A stretch of DNA of 64,000 nucleotides from Calothrix sp. NIES-2100 (GCA_002368195.1 AP018178.1:5273286-5337285); one strand, 5' to 3'. Shown: positions 20,645-30,835, counted from the stretch's first letter. The notes: generated from the letters alone by a model not told the origin. Translations and numbers: made by a program.

Positions 20645-22507
20645 TTGATGGCTCAGTTTCTCTTAGAGACTGTTTGGCTAGTTCCGTGCTATGCCTTAAT
20701 AGGTGGGCTTTTAGCCGTTCCTTGGTCGCCAGGAGTAATTCGCCGCACTGGCCCAAGACCGGCGGGTTATGTCAATTTAGTAATGACATTTCTAGCGTTG
20801 ATGCACAGTGCGATCGCATTGTTCGCCACTTGGAATCAACCACCAGTAGAAGTATTTATACCTTGGCTTTCTACAGCTGGTTTAAATCTTACCATTGCTA
20901 TAGAAATTTCTTCCATAAGTGTGGGAGCGATAACTGTAATCACTGGCTTAAATTTCTTAGCCCAAATTTATGCCATTGGTTACATGGAAATGGATTGGGG
21001 TTGGGGACGCTTCTATTCTTTATTAGGACTGTTTGAAGCGGGATTGTGTGCCCTGGCTCTATGTAATAACCTGTTCTTTAGTTATGTAATTCTGGAAGTT
21101 CTGACTTTAGGAACCTATTTGCTAGTTGGCTTATGGTTCAGTCAGCCCTTGGTAGTTAGCGGTGCGAGAGACGCTTTCCTTACCAAACGGGTGGGTGACT
21201 TATTCCTGCTGATGGGTGTGTTGGGATTGTGGCCTTTAGCTGGTACTTGGAATTATACAGAATTAGCTGAATGGGCGACAACTGCCAATGTTGACCCCAC
21301 AGTTATCGCCCTGGTGGGTTTAGCTTTAATTGCGGGGCCAATGGGTAAATGTGCCCAATTCCCCCTGCATTTGTGGTTGGATGAAGCAATGGAAGGCCCA
21401 GTTCCCAGTACAATTTTGCGGAACTCGGTGGTAGTAGCCAGTGGTGCGTGGGTACTAATTAAACTGCAACCTGTATTAACTTTGTCTCCTTTTGTTTCCT
21501 CAGCAATTGTAGCAATTGGTGCAGTTACAGCCGTTGGTGCTTCCTTAATTGCGATCGCCCAAGTTGATATTAAACGCTGTCAATCCTATTCTGTCAGCGC
21601 TTACATGGGTTTGGTGTTTATCGCTGTGGGGACGAAACAAGACGACGCAGCACTGTTGTTAGTACTGACCCATGCTGTATCAGCGGCACTGTTGGTCATG
21701 AGTACTGGGGGAATTATCTGGAACAGCATTACCCAAAATGTTACCCAATTAGGTGGACTATGGTCACGTCGTCCAATATCTGCGATCGCCTTTATTATTG
21801 GAACTTTGGGATTAATTGGGTTTCCACCTCTAGGCGGCTTTTGGGCGCTGATGGAGTTAACGGATAGTCTTTGGGAAAATCAACCTTGGTTGGTTGGTGT
21901 GGTTGTAGCTGTCAACGTTTTAACCGCAGTCAGTTTAACCAGAGAATTTGGTCTAGTTTTTGCTGGTAAACCCAAACAGATGAGTGAGCGATCGCCTGAA
22001 GTACATTGGCCAATGGTATTGCCAATGGTGATTTTATTCGGTTTCGTCCTACATCTGCCCTTAGTGTTACAAAGTTTAGCATTATTACCAGATTGGGTAA
22101 CTTTGAATAAAGACGTTGCACTGTTGTTAATTTGGTCAACAATTTTTGGTTGTGGTATTAGTGGCGTAATTTATTTAGGTAATATTCCTAAACCAATTCG
22201 CTTACCTTGGCAACCTTTACAAGACTTGTTTGCCTACGATTTTTACACCCCAAAAATCTATCGGATGACGATTATTTTCAGCGTCGCCCAACTTTCCAAA
22301 TTGGCTGATATGGTTGACCGTTTCGTAGTAGATGGTATTGTGAATTTGGTGGGTTTATTCTCCCTATTAACTGGCGAAGGTCTGAAATATAGCACATCTG
22401 GACAAACCCAATTTTATGCTTTCACTGTGCTTTTAGGCGTTGGTGTATTGGGAATGTGGGTAACTTGGCCATTCTGGGGAGTACAGTTTTTAAATTTGAT
22501 GTTTTAG
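20645..22507 (+). CDS. ndhF4: NAD(P)H-quinone oxidoreductase subunit F homologue of CO2-uptake NDH-1 complex (NdhF3/F4 class)
   Basis: 620 aa polytopic antiporter-like subunit; length and neighbours (ndhD-like, cup gene, no cupS) fit the constitutive ndhF4-ndhD4-cupB arrangement; the 3-versus-4 assignment is an inference. Confidence 0.8.
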   Translation: MMAQFLLETVWLVPCYALIGGLLAVPWSPGVIRRTGPRPAGYVNLVMTFLALMHSAIALFATWNQPPVEVFIPWLSTAGLNLTIAIEISSISVGAITVITGLNFLAQIYAIGYMEMDWGWGRFYSLLGLFEAGLCALALCNNLFFSYVILEVLTLGTYLLVGLWFSQPLVVSGARDAFLTKRVGDLFLLMGVLGLWPLAGTWNYTELAEWATTANVDPTVIALVGLALIAGPMGKCAQFPLHLWLDEAMEGPVPSTILRNSVVVASGAWVLIKLQPVLTLSPFVSSAIVAIGAVTAVGASLIAIAQVDIKRCQSYSVSAYMGLVFIAVGTKQDDAALLLVLTHAVSAALLVMSTGGIIWNSITQNVTQLGGLWSRRPISAIAFIIGTLGLIGFPPLGGFWALMELTDSLWENQPWLVGVVVAVNVLTAVSLTREFGLVFAGKPKQMSERSPEVHWPMVLPMVILFGFVLHLPLVLQSLALLPDWVTLNKDVALLLIWSTIFGCGISGVIYLGNIPKPIRLPWQPLQDLFAYDFYTPKIYRMTIIFSVAQLSKLADMVDRFVVDGIVNLVGLFSLLTGEGLKYSTSGQTQFYAFTVLLGVGVLGMWVTWPFWGVQFLNLMF

Positions 22508-22673
22508 GGACTAGGGACTAGGGATTAGGGACTAGGGACTAGAAAACAGAGATTTTTTCGGGATTGACTGATTAAAAAATGCTGAATGTCGAATAAAAAT
22601 ACTAGCCCCTACCCCCTCCATAGACAATTTTTCAATTCCATGCATAACAATTTCCTGGTGTGAGCAAAAAACC

Positions 22674-23393
22674 ATGACAAAACAACATCGCCAAACAAAT
22701 GTTTCTCGCAGAAATTTACTCAAGCTAAGTGCAGGTGCAATTAGCGCAGGAGTATTAACAGCCGGATTAGGTTCAAATTTGGTTGCACCTGAAAAAGCCT
22801 CAGCACAAGACAAAAAAGATATCACTCCCGATGACGCACTAAAAGCATTATTGGATGGAAATGATCGGTTTGTGAAAGCCAAAAAACGCAACCCTAACCA
22901 AAGCCAATCACGTTTACGCGAAGTTGCAAAAGGTCAAAACCCCTTTGCTTCTATTCTAGGTTGTGCAGATTCACGAGTGCCTTCGGAGATAGTTTTTGAT
23001 CAGGGTTTAGGAGATTTATTTGTCTGCCGTGTAGCAGGTAATATTGCCACAAAAGAAGAAACCGGTAGCCTAGAATTTGGCAGCTTAGTATTAGGTTCTA
23101 AGCTAATTCTGGTACTAGGTCATGAAAGATGTGGGGCTGTAGATGCAACTATTAAGGGTGCATCAGTACCAGGAGAAATTGGTAGTTTATTAGAAGCAAT
23201 TAAACCTGGTGTAGAAAGATCTCAAGGACAAGCAGGCGATAAATTAGAAAATGCTTGTAAAGCTAACATTTTAGTACAAATTGAGAAATTGAAATCATCC
23301 CCAGTGCTATCTGAGTTAATCAAAGCTGATAAACTGAAAATAGTTGGTGGTTATTACGATTTGGATACTGGCAAAGTCAGCTTAGTTAGTTAG
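22674..23393 (+). CDS. beta-class carbonic anhydrase with twin-arginine signal (EcaB-like)
   Basis: RRNLLKLSAGAISAG Tat motif; beta-CA zinc ligands CADSRVP and GHERCGAV. Confidence 0.8.
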   Translation: MTKQHRQTNVSRRNLLKLSAGAISAGVLTAGLGSNLVAPEKASAQDKKDITPDDALKALLDGNDRFVKAKKRNPNQSQSRLREVAKGQNPFASILGCADSRVPSEIVFDQGLGDLFVCRVAGNIATKEETGSLEFGSLVLGSKLILVLGHERCGAVDATIKGASVPGEIGSLLEAIKPGVERSQGQAGDKLENACKANILVQIEKLKSSPVLSELIKADKLKIVGGYYDLDTGKVSLVS

Positions 23394-23553
23394 GTCATTG
23401 GTCATTGGTCATTGGTCATTGGTCATTGGTCAGAGGGAATAGCACAGAATTTTGAATTGTTTGTCTACCTTGAATTTTGACTCTTGACCTTTGACTCTTG
23501 ACCCTTGACTCCTTTGAAAATCTCTACTTTTCACTAAACTTACCCAAATTGCC

Positions 23554-25053
23554 ATGTTAAGTGTTTTGATTTGGCTCCCGATTTTAGCAGCAGCTATTAT
23601 AGCAGTAATACCTAAAAATCTGCCGACAAATACTGTACGGTTAAGTGCTTTATACTTTGCTGCGATAACTTTGCTTTGGAATATTTTTATTCTCTTCAAA
23701 TTTGATATCAGCAATCCGGGGATGCAGTTTCAAGAAAATATTCCTTGGAATGAAACTCTCGGTTTAAGTTATCAATTAGGAGTTGATGGACTTTCTATAC
23801 TCATGCTGGTGTTAAATAGCTTACTAACTTGGATTGCTATTTACAGCAGCAGTAAAGAGACTGAAAGACCTCGGCTTTTTTACTCGCTAATTTTATTAGT
23901 TAGTGGTGGGGTAGCAGGTGCGTTTCTAGCTGAGAATTTACTGCTATTCTTCTTGTTCTATGAATTAGAATTAATTCCCTTCTATCTTCTAATCTCTATT
24001 TGGGGAGGGGAAAAACGTGGTTATGCAGGTATCAAATTCCTGATTTACACAGCTGTTTCCGGGGCGCTAATTTTAGCAACTTTCTTGGGTACAGTTTGGC
24101 TGACTGGTTCTACCAGTTTCGCCTTTGATGCGATTTCTACCCAAACTCTATCCGCCGGAATGCAAATCATTCTTTTGGCAGGGATAGTATTAGGTTTTGG
24201 GATTAAAATTCCCTTGGTTCCCTTCCATACCTGGTTACCTGATGCTTATGTGGAAGCTTCTGCACCAATTGCGATTCTTTTGGGTGGTGTATTAGCAAAG
24301 CTGGGAACCTACGGACTGTTAAGATTTGGGATGGGGATGTTTCCCGAAGCGTGGAGTACCATTGCACCAACATTGGCGACTTGGGGCGCAATTAGTGCAA
24401 TTTATGGGGCAGTAGTTGCGATCGCCCAAAAAGATATCAAGCGCATGGTAGCATACAGTTCCATCGGTCACATGGGTTATATTTTGCTCGCTGGTGCTGC
24501 TAGTACTCCCCTGGCGTTGGTTGGTGCTGTCGCCCAAATGTTTAGCCACGGTTTGATTCTCGCTATCTTGTTCCATTTGGTGGGAGTCGTGGAAACCAAG
24601 GTTGGAACCCGGGAGTTAGATAAACTCAATGGTTTAATGAGTCCAATTCGGGGTTTACCTTTAATTAGCGCTTTGCTGGTATTAAGTGGAATGGCGAGTG
24701 CTGGTATTCCCGGTTTAACAGGATTCGTTGCGGAATTTATCTCTTTTCAGGGTAGTTTCTCAGCGTTTCCTATCCCGACGCTGTTGTGTGTTGTCGCTAG
24801 TGGTTTAACCGCAGTTTATTTTGTCATTCTTCTCAACCGCACCTGTTTTGGTAGACTTGATAATTTAGCCTACTATCCTAAAATTCAATGGTTTGAGAGA
24901 ACACCTGCGTTAATTTTGGCAGCTTTAATCATCTTTTTGGGAGTTCAACCGACTTGGTTAGTGCGTTGGAGTGAACCAACAACTACTAAGATGGTGGCTG
25001 CTATTCCGGCGTTGGAAAAAACCGTTAACTCTGAAGTTGCTTTGAAACCATAA
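23554..25053 (+). CDS. ndhD4: NAD(P)H-quinone oxidoreductase subunit D homologue of CO2-uptake NDH-1 complex (NdhD3/D4 class)
   Basis: 499 aa polytopic NuoM/NdhD family; the 3-versus-4 assignment inferred from context. Confidence 0.8.
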   Translation: MLSVLIWLPILAAAIIAVIPKNLPTNTVRLSALYFAAITLLWNIFILFKFDISNPGMQFQENIPWNETLGLSYQLGVDGLSILMLVLNSLLTWIAIYSSSKETERPRLFYSLILLVSGGVAGAFLAENLLLFFLFYELELIPFYLLISIWGGEKRGYAGIKFLIYTAVSGALILATFLGTVWLTGSTSFAFDAISTQTLSAGMQIILLAGIVLGFGIKIPLVPFHTWLPDAYVEASAPIAILLGGVLAKLGTYGLLRFGMGMFPEAWSTIAPTLATWGAISAIYGAVVAIAQKDIKRMVAYSSIGHMGYILLAGAASTPLALVGAVAQMFSHGLILAILFHLVGVVETKVGTRELDKLNGLMSPIRGLPLISALLVLSGMASAGIPGLTGFVAEFISFQGSFSAFPIPTLLCVVASGLTAVYFVILLNRTCFGRLDNLAYYPKIQWFERTPALILAALIIFLGVQPTWLVRWSEPTTTKMVAAIPALEKTVNSEVALKP

Positions 25054-25236
25054 ATTCTCTTACTCTCTGCGCCTCTGCGTCTCTGCGTGAGATTAATAAT
25101 TTAAACGAACAGCAAAGGCGCGTTCGGCGAAGCCGTTCCCGAAGGGTAGTACACAAAAGAAGAAAAAAATGAAGAGACTTTCTCAGATGATTTAGGATTG
25201 CTATCAGGAGTTACACAACAATAATCAGGAGGAAGG

Positions 25237-25863
25237 ATGAATTTAAAATTAATTCCCAGTGCTTTAGTACTATTTCGGTTTTTAATTTCGCCCTTCCTCC
25301 TTTGGGATGCTCTTGATGGTAAAACTAGTATTTGGTTCATTGTTGGTTTCGTCGCCGCTTTCCTCTCAGATATTTTTGATGGCATTATTGCTAGAAGACT
25401 TGGTGTGAGTACTGCCGAATTAAGACAAGCTGATAGTTGGGCTGATGTTTGCCTGTTTAGTTGCATATTTGTGAGTGCTTGGCTGGTATATCAAGATGTT
25501 TTAATTGCTTATCGAGTGCCTTTACTCACAGTAGTTTTTGCTCAGTTGATATGGTGGATAGTGAATTTAGTAAAATATGGTAAACCTGCTAGCTATCACA
25601 CCTATTCAGCTAAGTTTTGGGGCATCACTCTTTGTATTGCGATTATTTCTCTATTCGGCTTTAACTATGCTGGAATAACTTTATGGCTAACTTGTATTGC
25701 TGGTGTAGTCTACAGTATTGAAGAAATAGCCATGACAATCATTCTGCCAGTTTGGACACATGATGTTTTAAGCATTTTTCATGCCCTGAAAATTAGGGAA
25801 AATTTATTAATTCAAAATAACGTGATTGAATCACAACAATCACTAATGACAAATGACCAATGA
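25237..25863 (+). CDS. CDP-alcohol phosphatidyltransferase-like membrane protein (divergent motif)
   Basis: DALDG...DGIIARRLGVSTAELRQADSWAD approximates DG(x)2AR(x)8G(x)3D(x)3D with Gly replaced by Leu; 208 aa, multiple TM helices. Confidence 0.45.
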   Translation: MNLKLIPSALVLFRFLISPFLLWDALDGKTSIWFIVGFVAAFLSDIFDGIIARRLGVSTAELRQADSWADVCLFSCIFVSAWLVYQDVLIAYRVPLLTVVFAQLIWWIVNLVKYGKPASYHTYSAKFWGITLCIAIISLFGFNYAGITLWLTCIAGVVYSIEEIAMTIILPVWTHDVLSIFHALKIRENLLIQNNVIESQQSLMTNDQ

Positions 25864-25891
25864 CAATTGACAAATATAAAAGGATTTAAAA

Positions 25892-27211
25892 ATGACAACA
25901 ACTGTTAATACATCAACTAAATTACCCCCTTCCCGCCATGAATTTGCTGAAGTAATTCATCGCTTAGAAGCTGGCGGTTCAATGTTACCAGATACGCCAG
26001 AAAATTTAATGCAAATTATCGGCTTGTATAAAGCTTATGCAGTGCCGATGGATTTTTACTGGCGAGATTTACTTTATATTGCGGAACAGGAATTTTTAAA
26101 TCCCTTTCCCTTCTTTAAATACTTCTTACCTAAAGAATATTTAGACAGACATAATCATTATGCTGGTGATGATGCCGATTTACGCATTTGGCGGGGACAC
26201 GCAACAGCCCATCCTGAGTTATTAGCATTTATTGAAAAAGGTGAAACTGGGAAAATGCCCAGATTATTTCACCATTTATTCCACGATCGCATTAACATGG
26301 AGTTTGCTGAAGCTTGTATGCGCGCTATGCTTTGGCATCGGCAGATGTATGCGCCAGTAAACCAGTTTGACGCTTACCTCGATTCAGAAGAATATAAAGC
26401 TAACGCCGATAGGGCAATTAAAGCTTACTTCAAAGGTAACCCAGTGATGTTGACACTGCACAAGCTGTTCCCCGATATGTTTATCGAACAGTGTCGCCAG
26501 ATGTCTTACTACTCTAATTTAGGGTTATTCTGGGAAGTCATGGCACCCGTGTTCTTTGAAATGTCGGATATCTACGACGAAGGCGGGTTTAAAGGTGTCC
26601 CCGACGCGATGAATTTTATAGTGAACGGCATTTTTGCGATCGCAGGTCGTCCGATTTATCATCATGTATATATAGATGGGGAATGCTATGAAATCATCCC
26701 CAAATCTAAGGGTTTCACCTGGCTATACGAAGCCGCCTTACCTTATGTAGAAGCCGTTTTCTACCGCACCGCACCTTTTAGGGGGACAAAATCTTATAAT
26801 GCTCAAGCAGGTCAAGTACCTGATGACCAAAAAGATTTTCACTATGGTATTCTCTACGCTGATGTCTTCCCAGTTGGTACAGCCGGTATCCCCCCCACAC
26901 TGTTGATGCAAGATATGTTACACTTCTTACCCCAATATCTTGTTGATTATTACAAAAAACATTGTCGTGGCGAAGAAGATATGTTGATTCAGTTAGGAGT
27001 GAGTTTCCAACGTTCAATGTATAATGTAACTTCCGCAGTAATTCAAGCATTACGCACTGCACTTTTATATCCTTTAGATGACCAAAATCCCAAGCATTTA
27101 CAAGCAAACCGGGATTTCTTTGAAATGCAGCTAAATCGCTTTACTCGCGCTGATTACAATATGCGCGATTCAGCCCGTTTACGGAGTATTCAAAGCCAGG
27201 ATTACAGGTAG
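25892..27211 (+). CDS. cupB: CO2 hydration protein (ChpX/CupB-like)
   Basis: 439 aa; overall similarity to ChpX/ChpY family; no cupS neighbour. Confidence 0.8.
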   Translation: MTTTVNTSTKLPPSRHEFAEVIHRLEAGGSMLPDTPENLMQIIGLYKAYAVPMDFYWRDLLYIAEQEFLNPFPFFKYFLPKEYLDRHNHYAGDDADLRIWRGHATAHPELLAFIEKGETGKMPRLFHHLFHDRINMEFAEACMRAMLWHRQMYAPVNQFDAYLDSEEYKANADRAIKAYFKGNPVMLTLHKLFPDMFIEQCRQMSYYSNLGLFWEVMAPVFFEMSDIYDEGGFKGVPDAMNFIVNGIFAIAGRPIYHHVYIDGECYEIIPKSKGFTWLYEAALPYVEAVFYRTAPFRGTKSYNAQAGQVPDDQKDFHYGILYADVFPVGTAGIPPTLLMQDMLHFLPQYLVDYYKKHCRGEEDMLIQLGVSFQRSMYNVTSAVIQALRTALLYPLDDQNPKHLQANRDFFEMQLNRFTRADYNMRDSARLRSIQSQDYR

Positions 27212-27389
27212 TCAAAGAAAGCGGTACTGCTGTCATATAGGGCTAGTATTTGATTTTTGAAATATAGGTAGGTGGGCATTGCCCACCCTACACTTTACAC
27301 TCACGCTTCAGGTGTACGGGATTTGTTCAAAAATCACAACAAATATTTTTTACCGAAAATATAAAAACTTAAAATTTATAAAAATGAAA

Positions 27390-27671
27390 TTATAAATGGT
27401 TTGGACAGGAACCAAATTTCTCTAAAAGCTCAGAGATGCGCTCATTATCTGAACAACGCCAAGTAATGTTAATAGATTTTTCCTCATTAAAACCTGGTTC
27501 ACCATAACCTGAGAATGCATTAGCATCAGGGCTTATATACTCTTCATACACGCAAGTTAGTAGCCTATTTTCAGTTGGTGAAACTTGTTGAAGACCAAAA
27601 TCGTGTTTGAATGTCCCTGCAACCCATCCATTAGGTGTTAAATGCCATTCTCTCCATTCTTTGCTTGCCAT
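27390..27671 (-). CDS. hypothetical small protein
   Basis: 93-aa ORF, Trp-rich, no recognisable motif. Confidence 0.35.
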   Translation of the reverse strand: MASKEWREWHLTPNGWVAGTFKHDFGLQQVSPTENRLLTCVYEEYISPDANAFSGYGEPGFNEEKSINITWRCSDNERISELLEKFGSCPNHL

Positions 27672-27804
27672 TTTGTAGTTCCTTTGTGTAATTCAATCGA
27701 TATACTTTGCTCAAGCTGTAACAAGTATAGCATTAGTACATTTACTTATTTAACCCCAGCTTTAGTGGCATGGCAAGGCTAACGCACCTTAAATTTTCGT
27801 TAAT

Positions 27805-28285
27805 GCGGAATCAACTTCAGGGTTCTCGGAATCAACTTCAGGGTTGACGTTTCCGTGTTTCGCGTACCCGGAATCAACTTCAGGGTTCCCGGAATTAACT
27901 TCAGGGTTGACGTTTCCGTGTTTCGCGTACCCGGAATCAACTTCAGGGTTCCCAGAATCAACTTCAGGGTTGACGTTTCCGTGTTTCGCGTACCCGGAAT
28001 TAACTTCAGGGTTGACGTTTCCGTGTTTCGCGTACCCAGAATCAACTTCAGGGTTCCCGGAATCAACTTCAGGGTTGACGTTTCCGTGTTTCGCGTACCC
28101 AGAATCAACTTCAGGGTTCCCAGAATCAACTTCAGGGTTGACGTTTGCGTGTTTCGCGTACCCAGAATCAACTTCAGGGTTCCCAGAATCAACTTCAGGG
28201 TTGACGTTTGCGTGTTTCGCGTACCCAGAATCAACTTCAGGGTTCCCGGAATCAACTTCAGGGTTGACGTTTCCGTATTTCGCGC
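27805..28285. repeat. complex tandem repeat (~63-bp composite unit: 2x cggaatcaacttcagggttcc + gacgtttccgtgtttcgcgtacc), ~8 copies
   Basis: direct reading; open in three + frames and one - frame; lies between two minus-strand genes. Confidence 0.9.
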
Positions 28286-28312
28286 AAGCTGTAGCTATTT
28301 CCGCATCCCGTT

Positions 28313-29500
28313 TTAAGCAACTTCTGATAATTTCCCATCAAGACGGCGAAATAGAAATAACCAAATAGGTAGTGAACTATTAATGGCAATCAGTCTGACT
28401 AAATGACCAGTTGTGACAACTTCAACATTATGATTCAATACCAGAGACACGAGAATCATCTCTGCTGAACCTCCGGGCGCTGTCACCAATAGACAAGTTA
28501 ACCAATCCCAAGAAGTTAATTGCATAGCTAGCATAGCAGCGATCGCACCTGCAATTAAAGTCATGACTACAGATATTACCGCATAGACTACAGTACGTTT
28601 TTTAAAGCTGGGTTTTTCTCCCCAATACTCACCGATGGTAATTCCTAACAGCATTTGCCCAACTATATTGATCAGTGAGGGTGGGGTAAAGTGAAGATTA
28701 TGGACAAAAGGTAGCAAATTTAGCACAGGATTAAATCCGATACCAATTAATAAAGCCCCAAAAAAATCCCCAGCGGGGATTTTAAATAATATCGACAGGT
28801 AAACTACAAATCCTGTTATCCCCAAGGCTAACAATAGTAATCCTAATTGAGAACTATCGAAATTCAACAAACTACTTTGTATGGTGATTGTTTGTGGATT
28901 CCAAGCATTACCAACTGTGGTTCTAGCAATAAAAGGAATCAGAAAAACTACAGATGTAACGCGCAAAGCCTGAACTAATGCTACTAGGGTGACATTTCTG
29001 CCATAATCAGCCGCAATAGATGCCATAATTCCCACACCACCGGGGACTGTAGCTAGCATTGCTGTTAACAAGTTAGTTTGACTGAGGCGGGAATAAATGT
29101 AGCCAATACCACTACCACAAAGTAACAGAAAAAATGTTAATAAAACAAAAATCGGAATCCCAGAAGCGACACTAGCTAAATCACTATGGGTAGTTGAGGC
29201 TCCAACTGTTAATCCTACCAATCCCATGCCCACCTTTCTGGCAGTTCGGTTAGGTTTGGGAGAATATTGATAGAAAATTCGACATCCCTGTAAAACTATA
29301 GTACCAGCCGCAATCCCCCCAAATATCCAAGCAATTCCGCCAATGTGGAATGTTGCTAAACTTAAACCTAAAGGTAATGCCAGTAGCATTTCTAAAACTA
29401 GGACAGCTAGTTGCTTGATAAATGGGTTTTCTGGAGCAACGGTAGGATTTCCAGCAGTGGATTCCTCTACAATGGGAATAAGATTAAAACTATGATTCAT
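28313..29500 (-). CDS. polytopic membrane protein (possibly AbrB-duplication/putative transporter family)
   Basis: 395 aa, ~10 TM helices with internal duplication; family assignment weak. Confidence 0.45.
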   Translation of the reverse strand: MNHSFNLIPIVEESTAGNPTVAPENPFIKQLAVLVLEMLLALPLGLSLATFHIGGIAWIFGGIAAGTIVLQGCRIFYQYSPKPNRTARKVGMGLVGLTVGASTTHSDLASVASGIPIFVLLTFFLLLCGSGIGYIYSRLSQTNLLTAMLATVPGGVGIMASIAADYGRNVTLVALVQALRVTSVVFLIPFIARTTVGNAWNPQTITIQSSLLNFDSSQLGLLLLALGITGFVVYLSILFKIPAGDFFGALLIGIGFNPVLNLLPFVHNLHFTPPSLINIVGQMLLGITIGEYWGEKPSFKKRTVVYAVISVVMTLIAGAIAAMLAMQLTSWDWLTCLLVTAPGGSAEMILVSLVLNHNVEVVTTGHLVRLIAINSSLPIWLFLFRRLDGKLSEVA

Positions 29501-29799
29501 TGATAAAGCGCTTTTTCCATTAGTTTAACTATGCCCATAAGCTAATGCGATGTCTACGACGGGCTACGCCTACGCGCAATACCCCAAGCAGGAGATAAAT
29601 TTAATTATTCTCACTAATGATGAAGGATGTATATATACTGAATGTAGCTCTAGCACGATCACCAGCAATTTCTAAAGAATTTTTGTAGACGACAATATTA
29701 TAGTAGGGGCATAACATAAGTTGTGCCCCTACCCACAAACTGTATTTTTTTCAGAGTCTAGTTGTTGATTGTTTCAGCTATCTTGGCATCTTGAATCAA

Positions 29800-30138
29800 T
29801 TAGTCTTCATCAAGCGCCGGGAAAGCTTCTTCTAACTGCCACAACTCATCTTTGTGTTCCATGAACCAAATCCGAGTTTCTGGTGTTAATTGGCTCCAAA
29901 TGATTTCCACAGGAATATGAGGAGATGCGTATCGATACTGCTCTCCCAGTAATTTGAGATTTTCCGCCACATCAAGGGGAATACCGAACTCGCGCCAATC
30001 AACTTTTACATTTCTGCCAGAAAGTCCGGCTGCGGGGTCGAAAATTAATTGTGCAGCTCTAACTAAATCAGCAAAGTGATTTGCTTTAAGTCCGATTATT
30101 TGCTGAATTTGGGGTGATTCATTATGCTGTTGAGACAT
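29800..30138 (-). CDS. hypothetical protein
   Basis: 112-aa ORF, no motif recognised. Confidence 0.4.
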   Translation of the reverse strand: MSQQHNESPQIQQIIGLKANHFADLVRAAQLIFDPAAGLSGRNVKVDWREFGIPLDVAENLKLLGEQYRYASPHIPVEIIWSQLTPETRIWFMEHKDELWQLEEAFPALDED

Positions 30139-30253
30139 TGTCGCTGGAGTGGTGAAGATTGATGATGGGTTGAACTTACTGCCAGAGATTTTTATCCCAA
30201 TTATATTATTTTAGCCCATAGCCACTAAGATGGATACGGCAAAAGTAATAATT

Positions 30254-30694
30254 TTAAGAGCGCAATTGTGCCACCATTGCGGCTGGATTCCAGTAAGCAC
30301 GGGTAGTTTGAATCTTACCTGCTGCGTTAATCTCAAAAATTGTAATGCCTTCAAAAGTTACTGATTTACCAGTTTTACTCACTCCTCGCATTGTCCATTT
30401 CACTGCTGCTTCATTAGCAGCTACAAAAATATGCTCGGTGGTTGGTTCTAGTTTTTCAAACACTGCTTGCAATTGCCCAATAAACTCACGAAATCCCTCA
30501 TGGACTTTTGTCGGTGGTTCCCCAACGGGATCATAACTTAATGCATCATCAGCAAAATTTTCTACCCAGCCTTCAGGATTCATAGTGGCAATATTGCTAA
30601 AGTAAGCAGCAACAATTTGTTCAATGTTTAAAGTTGACATAAGATCAATTTCCTTTGATATCAATGGTGACAAATTATCTATTACAAAAAACAA
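30254..30694 (-). CDS. NTF2/SnoaL-like fold protein
   Basis: 146 aa; pattern resembles ketosteroid-isomerase-like/SnoaL family. Confidence 0.5.
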   Translation of the reverse strand: MFFVIDNLSPLISKEIDLMSTLNIEQIVAAYFSNIATMNPEGWVENFADDALSYDPVGEPPTKVHEGFREFIGQLQAVFEKLEPTTEHIFVAANEAAVKWTMRGVSKTGKSVTFEGITIFEINAAGKIQTTRAYWNPAAMVAQLRS

Positions 30695-30699
30695 GTTTA

Positions 30700-30835
30700 A
30701 ACTCGTTTATTTTGAAACCCGGAGTGCGGGACTCAAAGCCCGCTACTACAAGCAGGGAGATATTTTGAAACATGGAGTGCGGGACGAAAAGCCCGCTACT
30801 ACAAGCAGGGAGCAAGATACTCCCACTACTTTTAA
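30700..30835. repeat. two direct copies of a ~50-nt hairpin element
   Basis: ggagtgcgggac(t/g)(c/a)aaagcccgctactacaagcaggga x2; each contains the gcggga...cccgc stem. Confidence 0.6.

Noticed and set aside
22532-22891. 119-aa minus-strand ORF overlapping the beta-carbonic anhydrase gene
   Set aside because: Antisense to a well-supported CDS with clear CA motifs; no features of its own.
19327-28285. Possibility that the 21-bp and ~63-bp repeat arrays are CRISPR arrays
   Set aside because: The units are contiguous with no unique spacers, no cas genes nearby, and are not the 28-37-bp palindromic repeats expected.
28313-29500. The 395-aa membrane protein as a bicarbonate transporter (SbtA) linked to the nearby CO2-uptake cluster
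   Set aside because: Sequence shows no resemblance to SbtA/BicA as I remember them; kept as a generic polytopic membrane protein.
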